Notes: generated by a model from the letters alone, not told the origin. DNA of 64,000 nt from Eledone cirrhosa (GCA_964016885.1 OZ024742.1:285634001-285698000); one strand, 5' to 3'. Numbered from the stretch's first letter, positions 15,118 through 29,068 are shown. Numbers and translations are program-made.

Positions 15118-16155
15118 ACATTATACCCTAACCGATAGTACGATCTATACGTGGATATTTTACGTCTTGATGTGGTAGCTAAGTATATGTTATGTTTATA
15201 CCTTTACTTATTTGCATAGGTAAGTATATATTACCTGTATGTTTTGTGAAGGTACGTATACTTTCTCATACGTATATTTGATTGTATATGTTATGGCGTA
15301 TATTTTTATATATTCTGGTACATATGCTTTTGGTTATGTGTATACGGGGGTTTTGCGTCTGTGTGAGTATGCGGGTTCGTACGTATGTTGGGTGTATGTA
15401 TGTGTACTTCATGTTTTGGTTGACGTACGTCTCCGAACATTTGTGTATTTACATGTAGGTATGTGTGTGTGCTTGTTATATACGTATTTATTTATTTATA
15501 TACGTTTATTTAATTATTTAATTATTTATTTATTTGTATACACGCACACACACACACACATATTTATATGTGCGTGGTTTTGTCTACCTATGGCGAGTGT
15601 TTTCGCGTATGCTTGTGTATGTACGTATTTGGACGCGTGTATGTATTTATTTCATTTCAATTACCTCTGTATTGTATTTTATTTACTTTATTCTTAACTC
15701 TGAAGCGGAGAAGCATTCGGTTTCCAAGTTAGAATTTTAGTCTACGACTTCAGCTATACCATTTACGCGGTTTTGTCTTTGCGTGCAATTGTTCTCCACG
15801 CTCCACATATGACGTATTATCTTCGTTTTTTCCGTTCATTGCCAGAGAACGTCTCTATGAACCACCTAAGAGAACATTAGTCTACGACTTCTTTTATACC
15901 ATAAACGTGGTTCTGTCTTTGCGTGTAATTGTTTTTCACCGCTCCTATTAATGATGTATTATATTCGTTTTTCCCGTTCTTTGCCAGGGAACGTTTCCAC
16001 GAACCAAAGTATCGTCTTCCTGTCTTCCTCCGGTTGCAACGTTTTTTGAAATATTCCCTTCTGCGTTTACAGATTGACTTTGTTAGTTTCAGAAGATCCC
16101 GTTAAGGGTGAAAGCAGCGATTCTTTGCTTAAACTTTAATCTGTTATTTTAATAA

Positions 16156-16160
<5 letters not shown>
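15117..16160 (+). mobile_element. 3' UTR + pLTR of the same PLE family, retaining a 768-bp GT-AG intron (15220-15987)
   Basis: Near-identical to 5131-5405 except for the insert tttgcatag|GTAAGT...ttcccgttctttgcCAG|ggaacgtttcc; flanked by (TA)n. Confidence 0.9.
16085..16135 (+). ncRNA. Hammerhead-like motif with non-canonical CAGAAGA core (also 5332-5382 +, 4494-4544 -, 43920-43970 -)
   Basis: agttt-CAGAAGA-t-ccc gttaa ggg-t-GAAA-gca..tgc-TT-aaact, present in four copies. Confidence 0.65.
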
Positions 16161-16219
<59 letters not shown>

Positions 16220-16379
16220 GGAAAAAATGAAACGATATTTCATTTCCCACTCTTAGTACGGCTGTTACTTAAATAACATATATATAATAATAAAGTAAGA
16301 AGAAATATTAGATACCCATTTTTTCTTCTAATTCAAAAATGGGTACTTATTTATGTCTATTATTTCTAATTATTTCTTG

Positions 16380-16556
16380 GTGGATTGGCAGTATCAGTAG
16401 AGGGTCGGACGCCATGCTTTCCAGCATACTTACGTCCCTTTACGATCTGAGTTCAAATCCCGCCGAGGTTGACTTTGCCTTTCATCCTTACGGGGTCGAT
16501 AAAATAAAGTACCAGTAATGCACTGGGTTATTGCTGGCCTAAAGTAGAAACAATTA
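16380..16556 (+). mobile_element. SINE family 1 copy
   Basis: Near-identical to 8184-8372. Confidence 0.88.
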
Positions 16557-16748
16557 TTTCTTCTTACTTTATAATATGTTACATAGCTCTGATATTGAGT
16601 CAATTTAATTATTCCGATTATCTTGTCTCTCATAATCATAGAGCAACACTGGTTAAGGTCGACAACACACAATCTCACATACTTGTGAAAAATGTATGTG
16701 TAAATATGCATGTATATGTATGTATACACATATTTGTGTACCTCTCAT

Positions 16749-16780
<32 letters not shown>

Positions 16781-17457
16781 GGGGGTAACCACAGTTAGTA
16801 TTCAATACATTACTGGGGTGTAAGCATCAGGTTTAATATAGAATTGGCTTTCCTGATGATTTCTTTTGAATGAAACAGTTCTATTCCTGTAGAATATATA
16901 TATATATATACATTACATTTGTGATCATCATTGTTCTTTTCGTCCGTTTCTATACAATTTAGCACTAATGGAATTGTAGACTCCGACGCAATCCTACCCC
17001 AGTCCATAATTTCTATGTCAAACATCATATGAACATACTTTCAGGTGTCATTGTAGCGCGACAAGAAGTCTTTTGTTTGTTTTCGTTGACCCCCCCCCCC
17101 CCCCCTCCCCCTATCCCCCTTCTTTAGTCTCCATAGAGCAAGTCTTGAAAATGCAACCATCCGTATATTCAGGATATAATGTCGAAATAAAGCAATCCTG
17201 AGCGACAACTGAGATATTAGAATGTCAAGTTAATGGATGAATGTGAAGGAGCGTAGCTTACTGGTCAGGGATATCCAGCTTTAAATCGCAAGGCCGTGAG
17301 TTCGATTTCCCGGCAATGCATGACACTTTATTTCACGTTACACCAGTCCACTCAGCAGACACAAATTGGTTGTAATTATAATTCAAAGAGCCAACCTGGT
17401 CACACACAAGCTGCCACTCTGAATCTCCATGATAACTATAGTGAGGGTAAACGTGTC

Positions 17458-17846
17458 CAGACCTGTCAACTCTCCGTCCAATGGGGAGATATCCAACCCA
17501 CTTTGGGGTAGGTGAGAGGTATCTTCCCTTGTGAAAATGGGTATAGCTTTTATTATGTAAATTCGGAGGATTGGCAGTATCTGTAGTGGGTCGGACGCCA
17601 TGCTTTGACGCATAGAGTTACGGCCCTTGCCATTCTGAGTTCAAATCCCGCCGAGGTTAACTTTGCCTTTCAACCTTTTGGGGTCGATGAAATAAATTAC
17701 CAGTAATACACTGGGTAATTGCTGGCCTTGTGCCAAATGTAGAAACAATTATGTAAATTCTCCCCCTTTTTTCCTCATTTCTCCCCGTTTTGAGGCACTT
17801 TTTTTCATGGTACTCCCCGTTTGGGTATTTAGAGGTTAACAGGTCT
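17458..17846. mobile_element. hAT-like MITE, interrupted by a SINE and itself inserted in an older SINE
   Basis: TIRs cagacctgtcaac / gttaacaggtct, duplicated flank acgtgtc. Confidence 0.7.
17565..17748 (+). mobile_element. SINE family 1 copy with 13-bp target-site duplication
   Basis: attatgtaaattc on both sides. Confidence 0.88.
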
Positions 17847-20094
17847 ACGTGTCGGTGAAATGCTCAGCTAATTTCAAGAGTAGGCTATAAACACGTCGAA
17901 CAACTGGTACTCATCATTGGAATCAACTGAGGCTCAACAACAACTTTATGGCCGATGATCAATTGTCAGAATACTGTCACCATATTACAAGCAAGGGGCT
18001 GAGATACAAAGGTTATTTTAAATAATTAAAAATTAATCCCGTCTGATTACGAAAGAATTATCTTGATGCTTTATCTTCTCACCAGTACTTGTAATATTAA
18101 TTAATTAATTAAATTACTTTACTCATTACATATATTACTTGTATTCTGTTTAAAATTAATATTAATTAGATGACATTTGTAAAATTTATTTCCTGATTTT
18201 CACCACTGCAGGTGTAATTTTAGTGTATTAAAGTATCTTAGCTCACTACATTGTGTATGTTACCACCTTCCTTACTATTTGGTTTTTATGGAGTGGGTGT
18301 CCCTGAGCAAGCCCCACCCCCACCACCATGTCGCTCTGTTGTGTTGCTATGATCAACTAGGTATAACGCTATACTATAGAACGTTATAACCGGAATAAAC
18401 ACTTTAAATCCGTCTCGTATTATCCTGAGATGAACTTTTCAATGAGGAATAAGTACGTATATAAAAATGATACTGCTATCCAAGAAACTGAATATTTATG
18501 CTTTAAAAGACTTAATAAAAGCTATGCTACTTAGTGTATCCTACTTGATATCTTATGTGCGTTAATAATCTCGGTTTTAATCTTAAATAAACATGAGGAA
18601 GTACATGATACCATCTCCTTTATATCTTCTTAAGCTTCTCCTCACTGACGTCTTCCACTTAGTTACCTTACTAAATACTTCCATAAATACGGATCTTGAA
18701 AACATCCATTAATGAGGACATAGAAACAAGTTCTGTTTCCAAAAGAAATACCTTAACTCCTTGTGGAATGGTAGGGTCACCATCATAACACATACCGTGT
18801 CTTGGTCCTTTTTAAGCTGATGGAGCCCATACTTTTCTAGATCTAAACACAACCGATATTTTCAAGAGAGAATATATAGCGAAAGAATAATTGGCCTCAG
18901 AACTGAAATTGTATTTTGTCTATTGACTTCGAAAAGATGATAGGCAAAGCTGACCTCTCGGTGAGATCTGAACACAGAGCGCACAGAGCTAGAACAATTA
19001 TCGAGACATTTAACCCGACCCCCTAACGCCAATTTTCCGCCTTAGATTGTTCGAATAACATCAAAATCTAATTAGTGTTTATATGGATGAAATAACTTGC
19101 AATCTTACGCCATTCAAACTCGTGAACAACTCTAAGGTTAAAACCTCCAGTTTCTTAGAAACATTAAACCTAAGAATATTTAATTATCTTTCATAACAAC
19201 AGTATATCTGTTGGTGGAATAAATATTACTGTTGGGACGTAATTAAGTGAAATAACTATATCCGCGAAAACAATACAGCGTATCTTATTAACGAGATAAT
19301 ATACATGTCTAGCAAGGGTGGTGAATTGACAGAGTCGTTAGAACGTTGGACAGAATGCTTTGTGGTATTCGTTTCGGTTCTCTGATTCTCTAAGTTCAAT
19401 CTTGCCAAGATCAATTTTACCTTTCATCATTTACATGTCGATAAAAAAAAGTACGAGTCTAGTACTGGAGGTCGATTCTTCCTCGATATCTCTTTCTCAC
19501 TTCCCCTCTCAGTCACTCTCTATCTTTATCTGAAAGAAATCTGCTGTCTTCAGACCTGGAGAGGAGATAGGATCCGCCAGGTTTAACACTTCCTTAGAAA
19601 CGCTGTATTTCAATACGGCTCTACTACGACTTCTTCAGGAGTTATGGAACCATACATACATTTCTAGCGAAACTTCTCTCCTTTGCAAAAATAAAAATGA
19701 ACATGCGTAGGCATGGCTATGCTGTGTGCTTAAAGAGTTTGCTTCAAAAGCACGTCATTGATTCAGTTCCGTTGCACGGTGACTTTGGGCAAATATCGGC
19801 TCACCATGTTCATCGACGCCATGTGAGTTTAATTTGGCAGGTGGAAACTATAGAAGTCCGTCATATATATATATATAGTGCAAATTTATACGGGAACAAA
19901 ACAGAGAGGCAGACAAATAAAGGTTTATTAGGTTCACGCTTTTGAGAGTTGGGATATATATATATCCAGGGGGTGTAACTTGGAGTTACTGCAGGTTCTC
20001 CCGGGAGAGCACTCGATGTTTACCTGCAGTAACTCCAAGTTACACCCCCTGGATATTTAGCTCCTTTCTTTGTCGAGCGCTTATCTGGAACACC

Positions 20095-22620
20095 ATGGAA
20101 TTGTTCTACAACACTTCTTCCCTAAAGGACATACCTATACCTTCGGATGATGTGTACATGGACCTATTACTAAAGCAGACAAATAATTTCATCAGGAGGA
20201 TCCGCTGGAGGGCCTACCACTACAACAACAGAAGGGCCCCCGGATCAAGTGACAATTCCACCAACCACATAAAACAACTTTTTAAATCGACGAAAAACCC
20301 ACCGCAGAACCCACTCCTAGAGGAGTTTGAGGACAGGATCATTACCATGGTCCGGACCATTAGATTCAGGAAACCACCGCGAAACCCTGACAGAAGTGCA
20401 TTCCTGTCTGGGCTCGCATCTACTGTAAAAAAGATCAGGAATAGCCCTGGCATCATCGTACCAGCCGATAAAACAGGAAACTTATACCATTGGGAGTACA
20501 AAACTTACAACAAATGCATTACAAACGAAATCGTTAAAATATGAAAAACATCAACACGGGAAAACCTAGCACACATAAACAAACAGGCGAAACGAATAAT
20601 GACCGAATTGAGTATTGACGACAGGACTCATCCCTACAACCCTAGGACACCGAGACTATCTATTAAAGACCATAAACCGGACTTCCAGTCAAAACTACCG
20701 GTCAGGCTCATAGCCCCGTCTAAATCGGACCTAGGTAGACTTAGCAAACCAATCATTGACCGAATTATGCCTGAACTTAGAAATAGAACTAAACTCAGCC
20801 TATGGTCTTGTACAAAGGAGGTAATCGACTGGGTTTGTGGCATTGAAACTAAGTCGAATGTTCGATTAGTCCAATTGGACATTACAAACTACTTCGCATC
20901 TATATCCCCCAATCATCCTTAACAAGACACTGATCTCAGCCATGAACAGATCAAGCCTCACTAGAAATGAAGTGGACATCATACTAACAGCTAGGAAAAC
21001 TTTACTAGATTTTGACGGTAGATTGTGGGAGCGACAGAATAGACCAGATAGCTTCGACATTACCATAGGATCGACTGACTCCGCACAGGTTACATATATA
21101 GTAGGCATATACCTCTTAAATATATTAACAGACGAGATCCCCTCCTTGGGCGGCGGTGGCTTATACCGTGATGATGCCCTACTAATGACCCGTGGACTCA
21201 ATAATAACCAATTAGTTAGACTACACAAACGACTTAGGTGCATCTTTAAGACCCAAGGATTAGCGATAGAAATTAAACCTAACAATAGGACAGTAAACTT
21301 TTTAGATGTCACCCTAGAATTAGACTCAGGCCTCTACCGTCCATACCACAAACCTAATAAAAATTTTAAATACGTCAACAGACACCCCAACAACCCTAGG
21401 AGCATAATTAGCTAAATAGTTAAAAGCGTCTCCAATAGAGTGTCCACCCTGTCGGCAAATAGAAATATCTTCAACCAGCACGCGGAATACTACAACTCCG
21501 CACTTGTAAATGCTGGTTACATTGAGAAGGTTTCTTACATCGACTCAAATAGAACCGTAACGCCGCTAAACATAACCGGACCCTTAGAAACGAACATAGA
21601 AGAAGTCACCACACCTAGGACAAATAATAACCTAAGACCCTCTGTAGCCGGCAGGCAGCCAGCGTCACGCACAACTGTCAAGGAGATAAAGCCATACTCT
21701 CCACCCCCAATAAGGACTCCGACTATCGCACACGTTTGCGTAGCAATAGAGACAAAAGACATAACGCCAATAGATTACTTGGAACCCCTATGACACATAC
21801 GCCTGACCAAAACGCACCCAAACTAATACCCAACCACAAAAACCTCACTAAACACCGCAGAACCCGAAGTAGACCTGTCACATGGTACAACGTGTATTCT
21901 ATACACGTCGCCACCAATATACCGGGAATCTTCTTCAGGGCTCTCGAACAATGTTTTCCACGCACACATAAATACCACAAGCTCTTCAATAGACAAGCTC
22001 TTTAAATCTAGGCCACACAATAGCACGCACTAATAGGACAAAAATACGAAAACACATGGTTGCCCCACAACAAACCACCACCACAACCCAGAACGAAACC
22101 ACACACACAACACAACACAACACCCACATACCAGATCCACACCGCATGCCACCAACCGCCAATGTGCCACCACACCGGTTACACCCAACTGCAATTGCAA
22201 AAAACGGGCCGAATGCCCACCAAACGGGGAGTGCCTCGTTAAAAACATTGTTTACCGGTGTGATGTCACAGCCGGCAATAAAGAGTACTCATATATAGGT
22301 GCGACATCCACTACGTTTAAGGAGCGCTGGTATAACCATAGAAGCTCCTTTAAACATAGGCTGAAACGATCCTAAACCAGACTAGCCGATTTGATCTGGG
22401 ACCTCAAGGACAGGAACATCGAACCCCAGATCTCGTGGTCAGTGAAAAGACGCGTGGCACAACTCCCCAGTGACAGAAGCCACTACAGGTTATGCCTGGC
22501 TGAGGCGGCAGAAATAATTAAATTAAAATCTGCCATAAACTATAGGTCGGACATAATTGTCAATTGCAGACACACCAGGCTGAACACATTTTCGCACAAA
22601 CATTCGGGGGAGGACCGCGC
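20095..22620 (+). pseudogene. Decayed Penelope-like RT + GIY-YIG ORF (Naiad-like), several stops and frameshifts
   Basis: Fragments SLKDIPIPS..IRRIRWRA, PADKTGNLY, IKDHKPDF..VRLIAPSKSDLG, QLDITNYFASI, IGSTDSA, LYRDDAL, VNFLDVTLEL, YHKPN, CNCKKRAECP, IVYRC..YIGATSTTFKERWYNH, CLAE, NCRH; collinear with the 53238 ORF. Confidence 0.92.
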
Positions 22621-23540
22621 ACTAAACATGACCCAGCAAAATAATAACCACCTCTGCCCCGTCTCACCATCGCCCATCTCAGTGAATTTATTTTATTGTA
22701 TTGCATGTAACCATTTGTAAGCCCGTATATTGTATATCATGCCACATACATCACCCCCATCAAAAATCACATCGCCATGCACTCCTCATCTTTGCAACAT
22801 TGTGTTCTATCAGTCCTCTCTGTCAGGTTTTACCTTGCAAACCATAGTAACATCTGATCCTGTAAATACAATGTCAATCACATCACACCATCGCCACCAC
22901 CACCACAGCACACATCGTCATATGTCTACCATCCACACCCGCAACCTTATTCCCCCATGTTCCCTCCGTCTACCCTAACCTACAACCCCACGCTAAATTC
23001 GACCCTGTAAATGTACTGTCGCACACACCACCACCGCCACCACTAGATACATCCACATACTTCAACAATCATTAACATCATTAACATCATTAACATCATC
23101 AACACATATCATCCCTCACTCCCAGATCGACTGTGTTATATCCGCCCTCAGTTTGCCTTACCCTGTAACCCACTGTAACATCTGATCATGTAATCATTTT
23201 GTTGAACATATCACCCCAGCACCACCACCACCACCATGACCACAACACACATCGCTATACGTCCATACACTTTTTCCCCCCGCGTTCCCTATGTCACCTT
23301 TTAACCTGTAACCTATCGTATTATTCGATCCTGTATATTTTTTGTCGCTCACAACTCCACCACCACCACCACCACCACCACCACCACCACCACCACCACA
23401 AGACACAACTCCATACCTCAACATCCATTAACTTCATCAACACCGCCAACACATACCTTCCCTCTCGAACCAACGCAAGTGTGTGTGTCTGTGTGTAAGT
23501 ATTTTTTATATATATGTGCGTATACATATATTTATATGTA

Positions 23541-23601
<61 letters not shown>

Positions 23602-24297
23602 TATAAAGTATGTCCATAGAATCATTTGATAATATATATACACCATTTCCTCCCCCATTTAGCATAATTAACCACACAAAAAAATCAATTAGACCAGGCT
23701 ATAAGATTAAAAGGCACTTATGAAGAAATAGTAAATAAATAAACGATAGCAATCTCTTCGCGTGTATATATGTGTGTGTATATATGTATGTATGTGTGTG
23801 TATGTGTATGTTTATGTATACGTGTGTGTACGTGTATGTGTGCATAACAGTATGTGTGTGTGTGTGTGTTTGTGTGTATGTATGTATGTGTATGTCTATA
23901 TGTACAACACCATCTCCATTGGCTCTCACCTTCCCTCTATCTTTGTTCTACGCCCCCGCCCCCACCGATCCCCCCCTCTATATATATCCACACGCGCGCA
24001 TGCACATATCTGTGTGTATATATGCATATAGATATATGTATGTGTGGATCTATGTGGGCGCGTGTATGTGTGTGTATATAAGTGTGTACGTATGTATATA
24101 TATCAGTATATATGCGCATGTATACATATATATACAACGTATTTGTCAGACTAAGAGTGTCTAGGTATGTATCTCCCCATGGACCCGACACCACCAACAC
24201 ATCCACCACACCACCACAAACGCCACTACCATAAACAACCACACCACAACCACACCCCGCAACGCCAACCCGTCTACCGACAACCCACTACCCCCAC

Positions 24298-25657
24298 ATC
24301 ACAGCCCATCCCAGACAGCGCACTGTCACCAACATCTTATCATCACACCCACCCACACATACACTACAGGCCAAAGCCAATCCGCCACCACCACAACCCA
24401 TCCCAGACAGCGCACTGTCACCAACATCTTATCATCACACCCACCCACACATACACTACAGGCCAAAGCCAATCCGCCACCACCACAACCCATCCCAGAC
24501 AGCGCACTGTCACCAACATCTTATCATCACACCCACCCACACATACACTACAGGCCAAAGCCAATCCGCCACCACCACAACCCATCCCAGACAGCGCACT
24601 GTCACCAACATCTTATCATCACACCCACCCACACATACACTACAGGCCAAAGCCAATCCGCCACCACCACAACCCATCCCAGACAGCGCACTGTCACCAA
24701 CATCTTATCATCACACCCACCCACACATACACTACAGGCCAAAGCCAATCCGCCACCACCACAACCCATCCCAGACAGCGCACTGTCACCAACATCTTAT
24801 CATCACACCCACCCACACATACACTACAGGCCAAAGCCAATCCGCCACCACCACAGCCCATCCCAGACAGCGCACTGTCACCAACATCTTATCATCACAC
24901 CCACCCACACATACACTACAGGCCAAAGCCAATCCGCCACCACCACAGCCCATCCCAGACAGCGCACTGTCACCAACATCTTATCATCACACCCACCCAC
25001 ACATACACTACAGGCCAAAGCCAATCCGCCACCACCACAGCCCATCCCAGACAGCGCACTGTCACCAACATCTTATCATCACACCCACCCACACATACAC
25101 TACAGGCCAAAGCCAATCCGCCACCACCACAGCCCATCGCAGCCAGCGACCGTCACCAACATCTTATCATCACACCCACCCACACATACACTACAGGCCA
25201 AAGCCAATCCGCCACCACCACAACCCATCCCAGACAGCGCACTGTCACCAACATCTTATCATCACACCCACCCACACATACACTACAGGCCAAAGCCAAT
25301 CCGCCACCACCACAGCCCATCCCAGACAGCGCACTGTCACCAACATCTTATCATCACACCCACCCACACATACACTACAGGCCAAAGCCAATCCGCCACC
25401 ACCACAGCCCATCGCAGCCAGCGACCGTCACCAACATCTTATCATCACACCCACCCACACATACACTACAGGCCAAAGCCAATCCGCCACCACCACAACC
25501 CATCCCAGACAGCGCACTGTCACCAACATCTTATCATCACACCCACCCACACATACACTACAGGCCAAAGCCAATCCGCCACCACCACAGCCCATCCCAG
25601 CCAGCGACCGTCACCAACATCTTAACATCACATCCACCCCCACATACACTACAGGCC
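24298..25657 (+). repeat. 92-bp minisatellite, about 15 near-identical copies
   Basis: Unit cccatcccagacagcgcactgtcaccaacatc...ccaccaccacaa at 24305, 24397, ... Confidence 0.95.
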
Positions 25658-25766
25658 AGTACATCCCTTTGATCCTTCCCACCAATCAAAACAACTCATA
25701 TTGTCAAACTCTTGAACTTCTGTCTTTACCATATAGCATGTATTTCATTTTCTTATAGCATTTTAA

Positions 25767-25854
25767 AGGGCCCGTCGAGCTGCCGATCATTGAGTCGGGT
25801 AGGATCAATACAGATCGAACCTTGAGCTGATCAGTGGCGAAACGCGCGTCACCT
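25767..25854 (+). ncRNA. Degenerate hammerhead motif with long stem II
   Basis: agggc-CCGTCGA-gctgccgatca...tgatcagtggc-GAAA-cgcgcg-TC-acct; homolog at 14963-15047 (-) has core CCGACGA. Confidence 0.55.
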
Positions 25855-25901
25855 ACCAATAAATGTAATGAAGGAGTAACCAATCGTCCTTGTTATCCTT
25901 T

Positions 25902-25994
<93 letters not shown>

Positions 25995-26699
25995 ACGGGT
26001 ACAATCCACTCGATGGGCTTCGAAACAGCTCCCCCCTATATAATTTCACTCACAAAGCTTAGGTTAACCCGAGACTATGGTAAAAAATATTTTCTTAAGA
26101 TGTCACGCAGTGGGATCGAACCGAAAACCTCGTGTACAAGACTTGATTTAATGATGAGGAAGGGTGAGGGAGCAAAGGGACCCTGTACGTGTGTGCTTGA
26201 GTGTGTGTTTTGGAGGGAGGGGGGGGGGGCTCCACCAGCTACGGCCGCTGCAATTTATTTGTGTCCTGAGCTGAGCTTTTTAGTTTTAAGAGGGTTAAAA
26301 AATGTTTAATCTAATACCTGTATGTATAACTTTTCAATTCCAATTACTTGCACCAAGGTGACTTTGATATGTAAAACTGGGGGTTTGTTGTGTATTCCAC
26401 GCAACATCTGAAGTGTCCCCCCCCCCCCCCCCAGGTCTAAATCCATCCGTGTACATACAGAAGCTGTACATGAAAAAAGTGACACAAGACAAAGCATAAA
26501 AGTACATTCTTCTCTAGAAACCCATGTAAATCTATGACGTCATAGTCAAGAGTATACTTGTATAGGGGATTAAGTCTACAGACGATATAAGATGGAAAGG
26601 GAGTTAGTAACATTCATGCCTTTCCCATTGTCATAAATTAGGGAAACTAAAACACGACTATTTCTTTATTTCATCTTTTATATTCTTCTGTAGCTGAAA

Positions 26700-26747
26700 C
26701 AACTACTACTGTTACTACTACTATTGCCTCTACAACTGCTACTACTG

Positions 26748-26782
<35 letters not shown>

Positions 26783-26801
26783 GCTGCTGCTGCTGCTACT
26801 A

Positions 26802-26851
<50 letters not shown>

Positions 26852-26864
26852 GCTGCTGCTGCTG

Positions 26865-26917
<53 letters not shown>

Positions 26918-26933
26918 GCTGGTGCTGCTACTG

Positions 26934-26983
<50 letters not shown>

Positions 26984-27002
26984 GCTGCTGCTGCTGCTAC
27001 TA

Positions 27003-27058
<56 letters not shown>

Positions 27059-27071
27059 GCTGCTGCTGCTG

Positions 27072-27139
<68 letters not shown>

Positions 27140-27155
27140 GCTGGTGCTGCTACTG

Positions 27156-27211
<56 letters not shown>

Positions 27212-27224
27212 GCTGCTGCTGCTG

Positions 27225-27271
<47 letters not shown>

Positions 27272-27314
27272 GCTGCTGCTGCTGCTACTACTACTACTAC
27301 TACTACTACTACTG

Positions 27315-27361
<47 letters not shown>

Positions 27362-27377
27362 GCTGGTGCTGCTACTG

Positions 27378-27457
<80 letters not shown>

Positions 27458-27473
27458 GCTGGTGCTGCTACTG

Positions 27474-27529
<56 letters not shown>

Positions 27530-27548
27530 GCTGCTGGTGCTGCTACTG

Positions 27549-27622
<74 letters not shown>

Positions 27623-27644
27623 GCTGGTGCTGCTGCTGCTACTG

Positions 27645-27697
<53 letters not shown>

Positions 27698-27716
27698 GCT
27701 GGTGCTGCTGCTGCTG

Positions 27717-27772
<56 letters not shown>

Positions 27773-27791
27773 GCTGGTGCTGCTGCTGCTG

Positions 27792-27847
<56 letters not shown>

Positions 27848-27866
27848 GCTGGTGCTGCTGCTGCTG

Positions 27867-27922
<56 letters not shown>

Positions 27923-28017
27923 GCTGGTGCTGCTGCTGCTACTGCTATTGTTGCTGCTGCTGTTGAATATTTCTTCATCACAACCATAAAAAATTATCTC
28001 AGTACTAGTTTTTTTCT

Positions 28018-28076
<59 letters not shown>

Positions 28077-28077
28077 G

Positions 28078-28119
<42 letters not shown>

Positions 28120-28120
28120 T

Positions 28121-28151
<31 letters not shown>

Positions 28152-28154
28152 GCT

Positions 28155-28193
<39 letters not shown>

Positions 28194-28215
28194 GCTACTG
28201 CTGCTGCTGCTGCTA
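26700..28215. repeat. Compound (CTA)n/(CTG)n microsatellite with higher-order periodicity
   Basis: (CTA)n blocks punctuated by ctgctggtgctg or cttctgctgctg. Confidence 0.95.
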
Positions 28216-28344
28216 TTTTCGCATATGCAGTTTCGGTATCTATAGCTTCCATATTTCCTCCTCCTTCTTTTTGTATTAGATCCCCTCATCCCTCCACTTA
28301 CACCACTTACACTCATCACAGCCTGGTGAAAACCTTGCTTTCAT

Positions 28345-28895
28345 CCTCTTTTTCACCCCCTCTCATCCTCTCTTTTTCACTCCCTCTCAACCTCTCTTTT
28401 TCACTCCCTCTCATCCTCTCTTTTTCACTCCCTCTCATCCTCTCTTTTTCACCCCCTCTCATCCACCTCTTTTTCACCCCCTCTCATCCTCTCTTTTTCA
28501 CCCCCTCTCATCCTCTCTTTTTCACCCCCTCTCATCCTCTCTTTTTCACTCCCTCTCATCCTCTCTTTTTCACCCCCTCTCATCCTCTCTTTTTCACTCC
28601 CTCTCATCCTCTCTTTTTCACTCCCTCTCAACCTCTCTTTTTCACTCCCTCTCATCCTCTCTTTTTCACCCCCTCTCATCCTCTCTTTTTCACTCCCTCT
28701 CATCCTCTCTTTTTCACTCCCTCTCATCCTCTCTTTTTCACTCCCTCTCATCCTCTCTTTTTCACTCCCTCTCATCCTCTCTTTTTCACTCCCTCTCATC
28801 CTCTCTTTTTCACTCCCTCTCATCCTCTCTTTTTCACTCCCTCTCATCCTCTCTTTTTCACCCCCTCTCATCCTCTCTTTTTCACCCCCTCTCAC
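28345..28895. repeat. 24-bp pyrimidine-rich minisatellite
   Basis: Unit ctctttttcactccctctcatcct, about 23 copies. Confidence 0.95.
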
Positions 28896-29006
28896 TCTCA
28901 TCCTCTCTCTTTCCCTCCCTCTCCCTCTCATTCACACTCCTTTATCTATTCTTCCCTCAATGTTTCACTATCTTTCCCTCCCTCTCACATTCTGTCTCTC
29001 ACTCAC

Positions 29007-29068
<62 letters not shown>

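Larger units (their letters stand above)
19960..25902 (+). mobile_element. Decayed full-length PLE with short inverted 5' end and long CA-rich tail ending in an HHR-like pLTR
   Basis: Inverted repeat 19960-20055 before the ATG, (TA)n at both ends, degenerate HHR at 25767-25854; related pLTR on the minus strand at 14808-15070. Confidence 0.7.

Noticed and set aside
24167-25672. 501-aa His/Pro/Thr-rich ORF as a gene
   Set aside because: Arises from a 92-bp, T-poor minisatellite whose unit is not a multiple of 3.
26671-28319. Long poly-V, poly-S and poly-L ORFs
   Set aside because: Translations of (CTA/CTG)n microsatellite with no domain content.
24298-28895. CRISPR-like arrays
   Set aside because: Tandem units have no unique spacers, there are no cas genes, and the context is eukaryotic.
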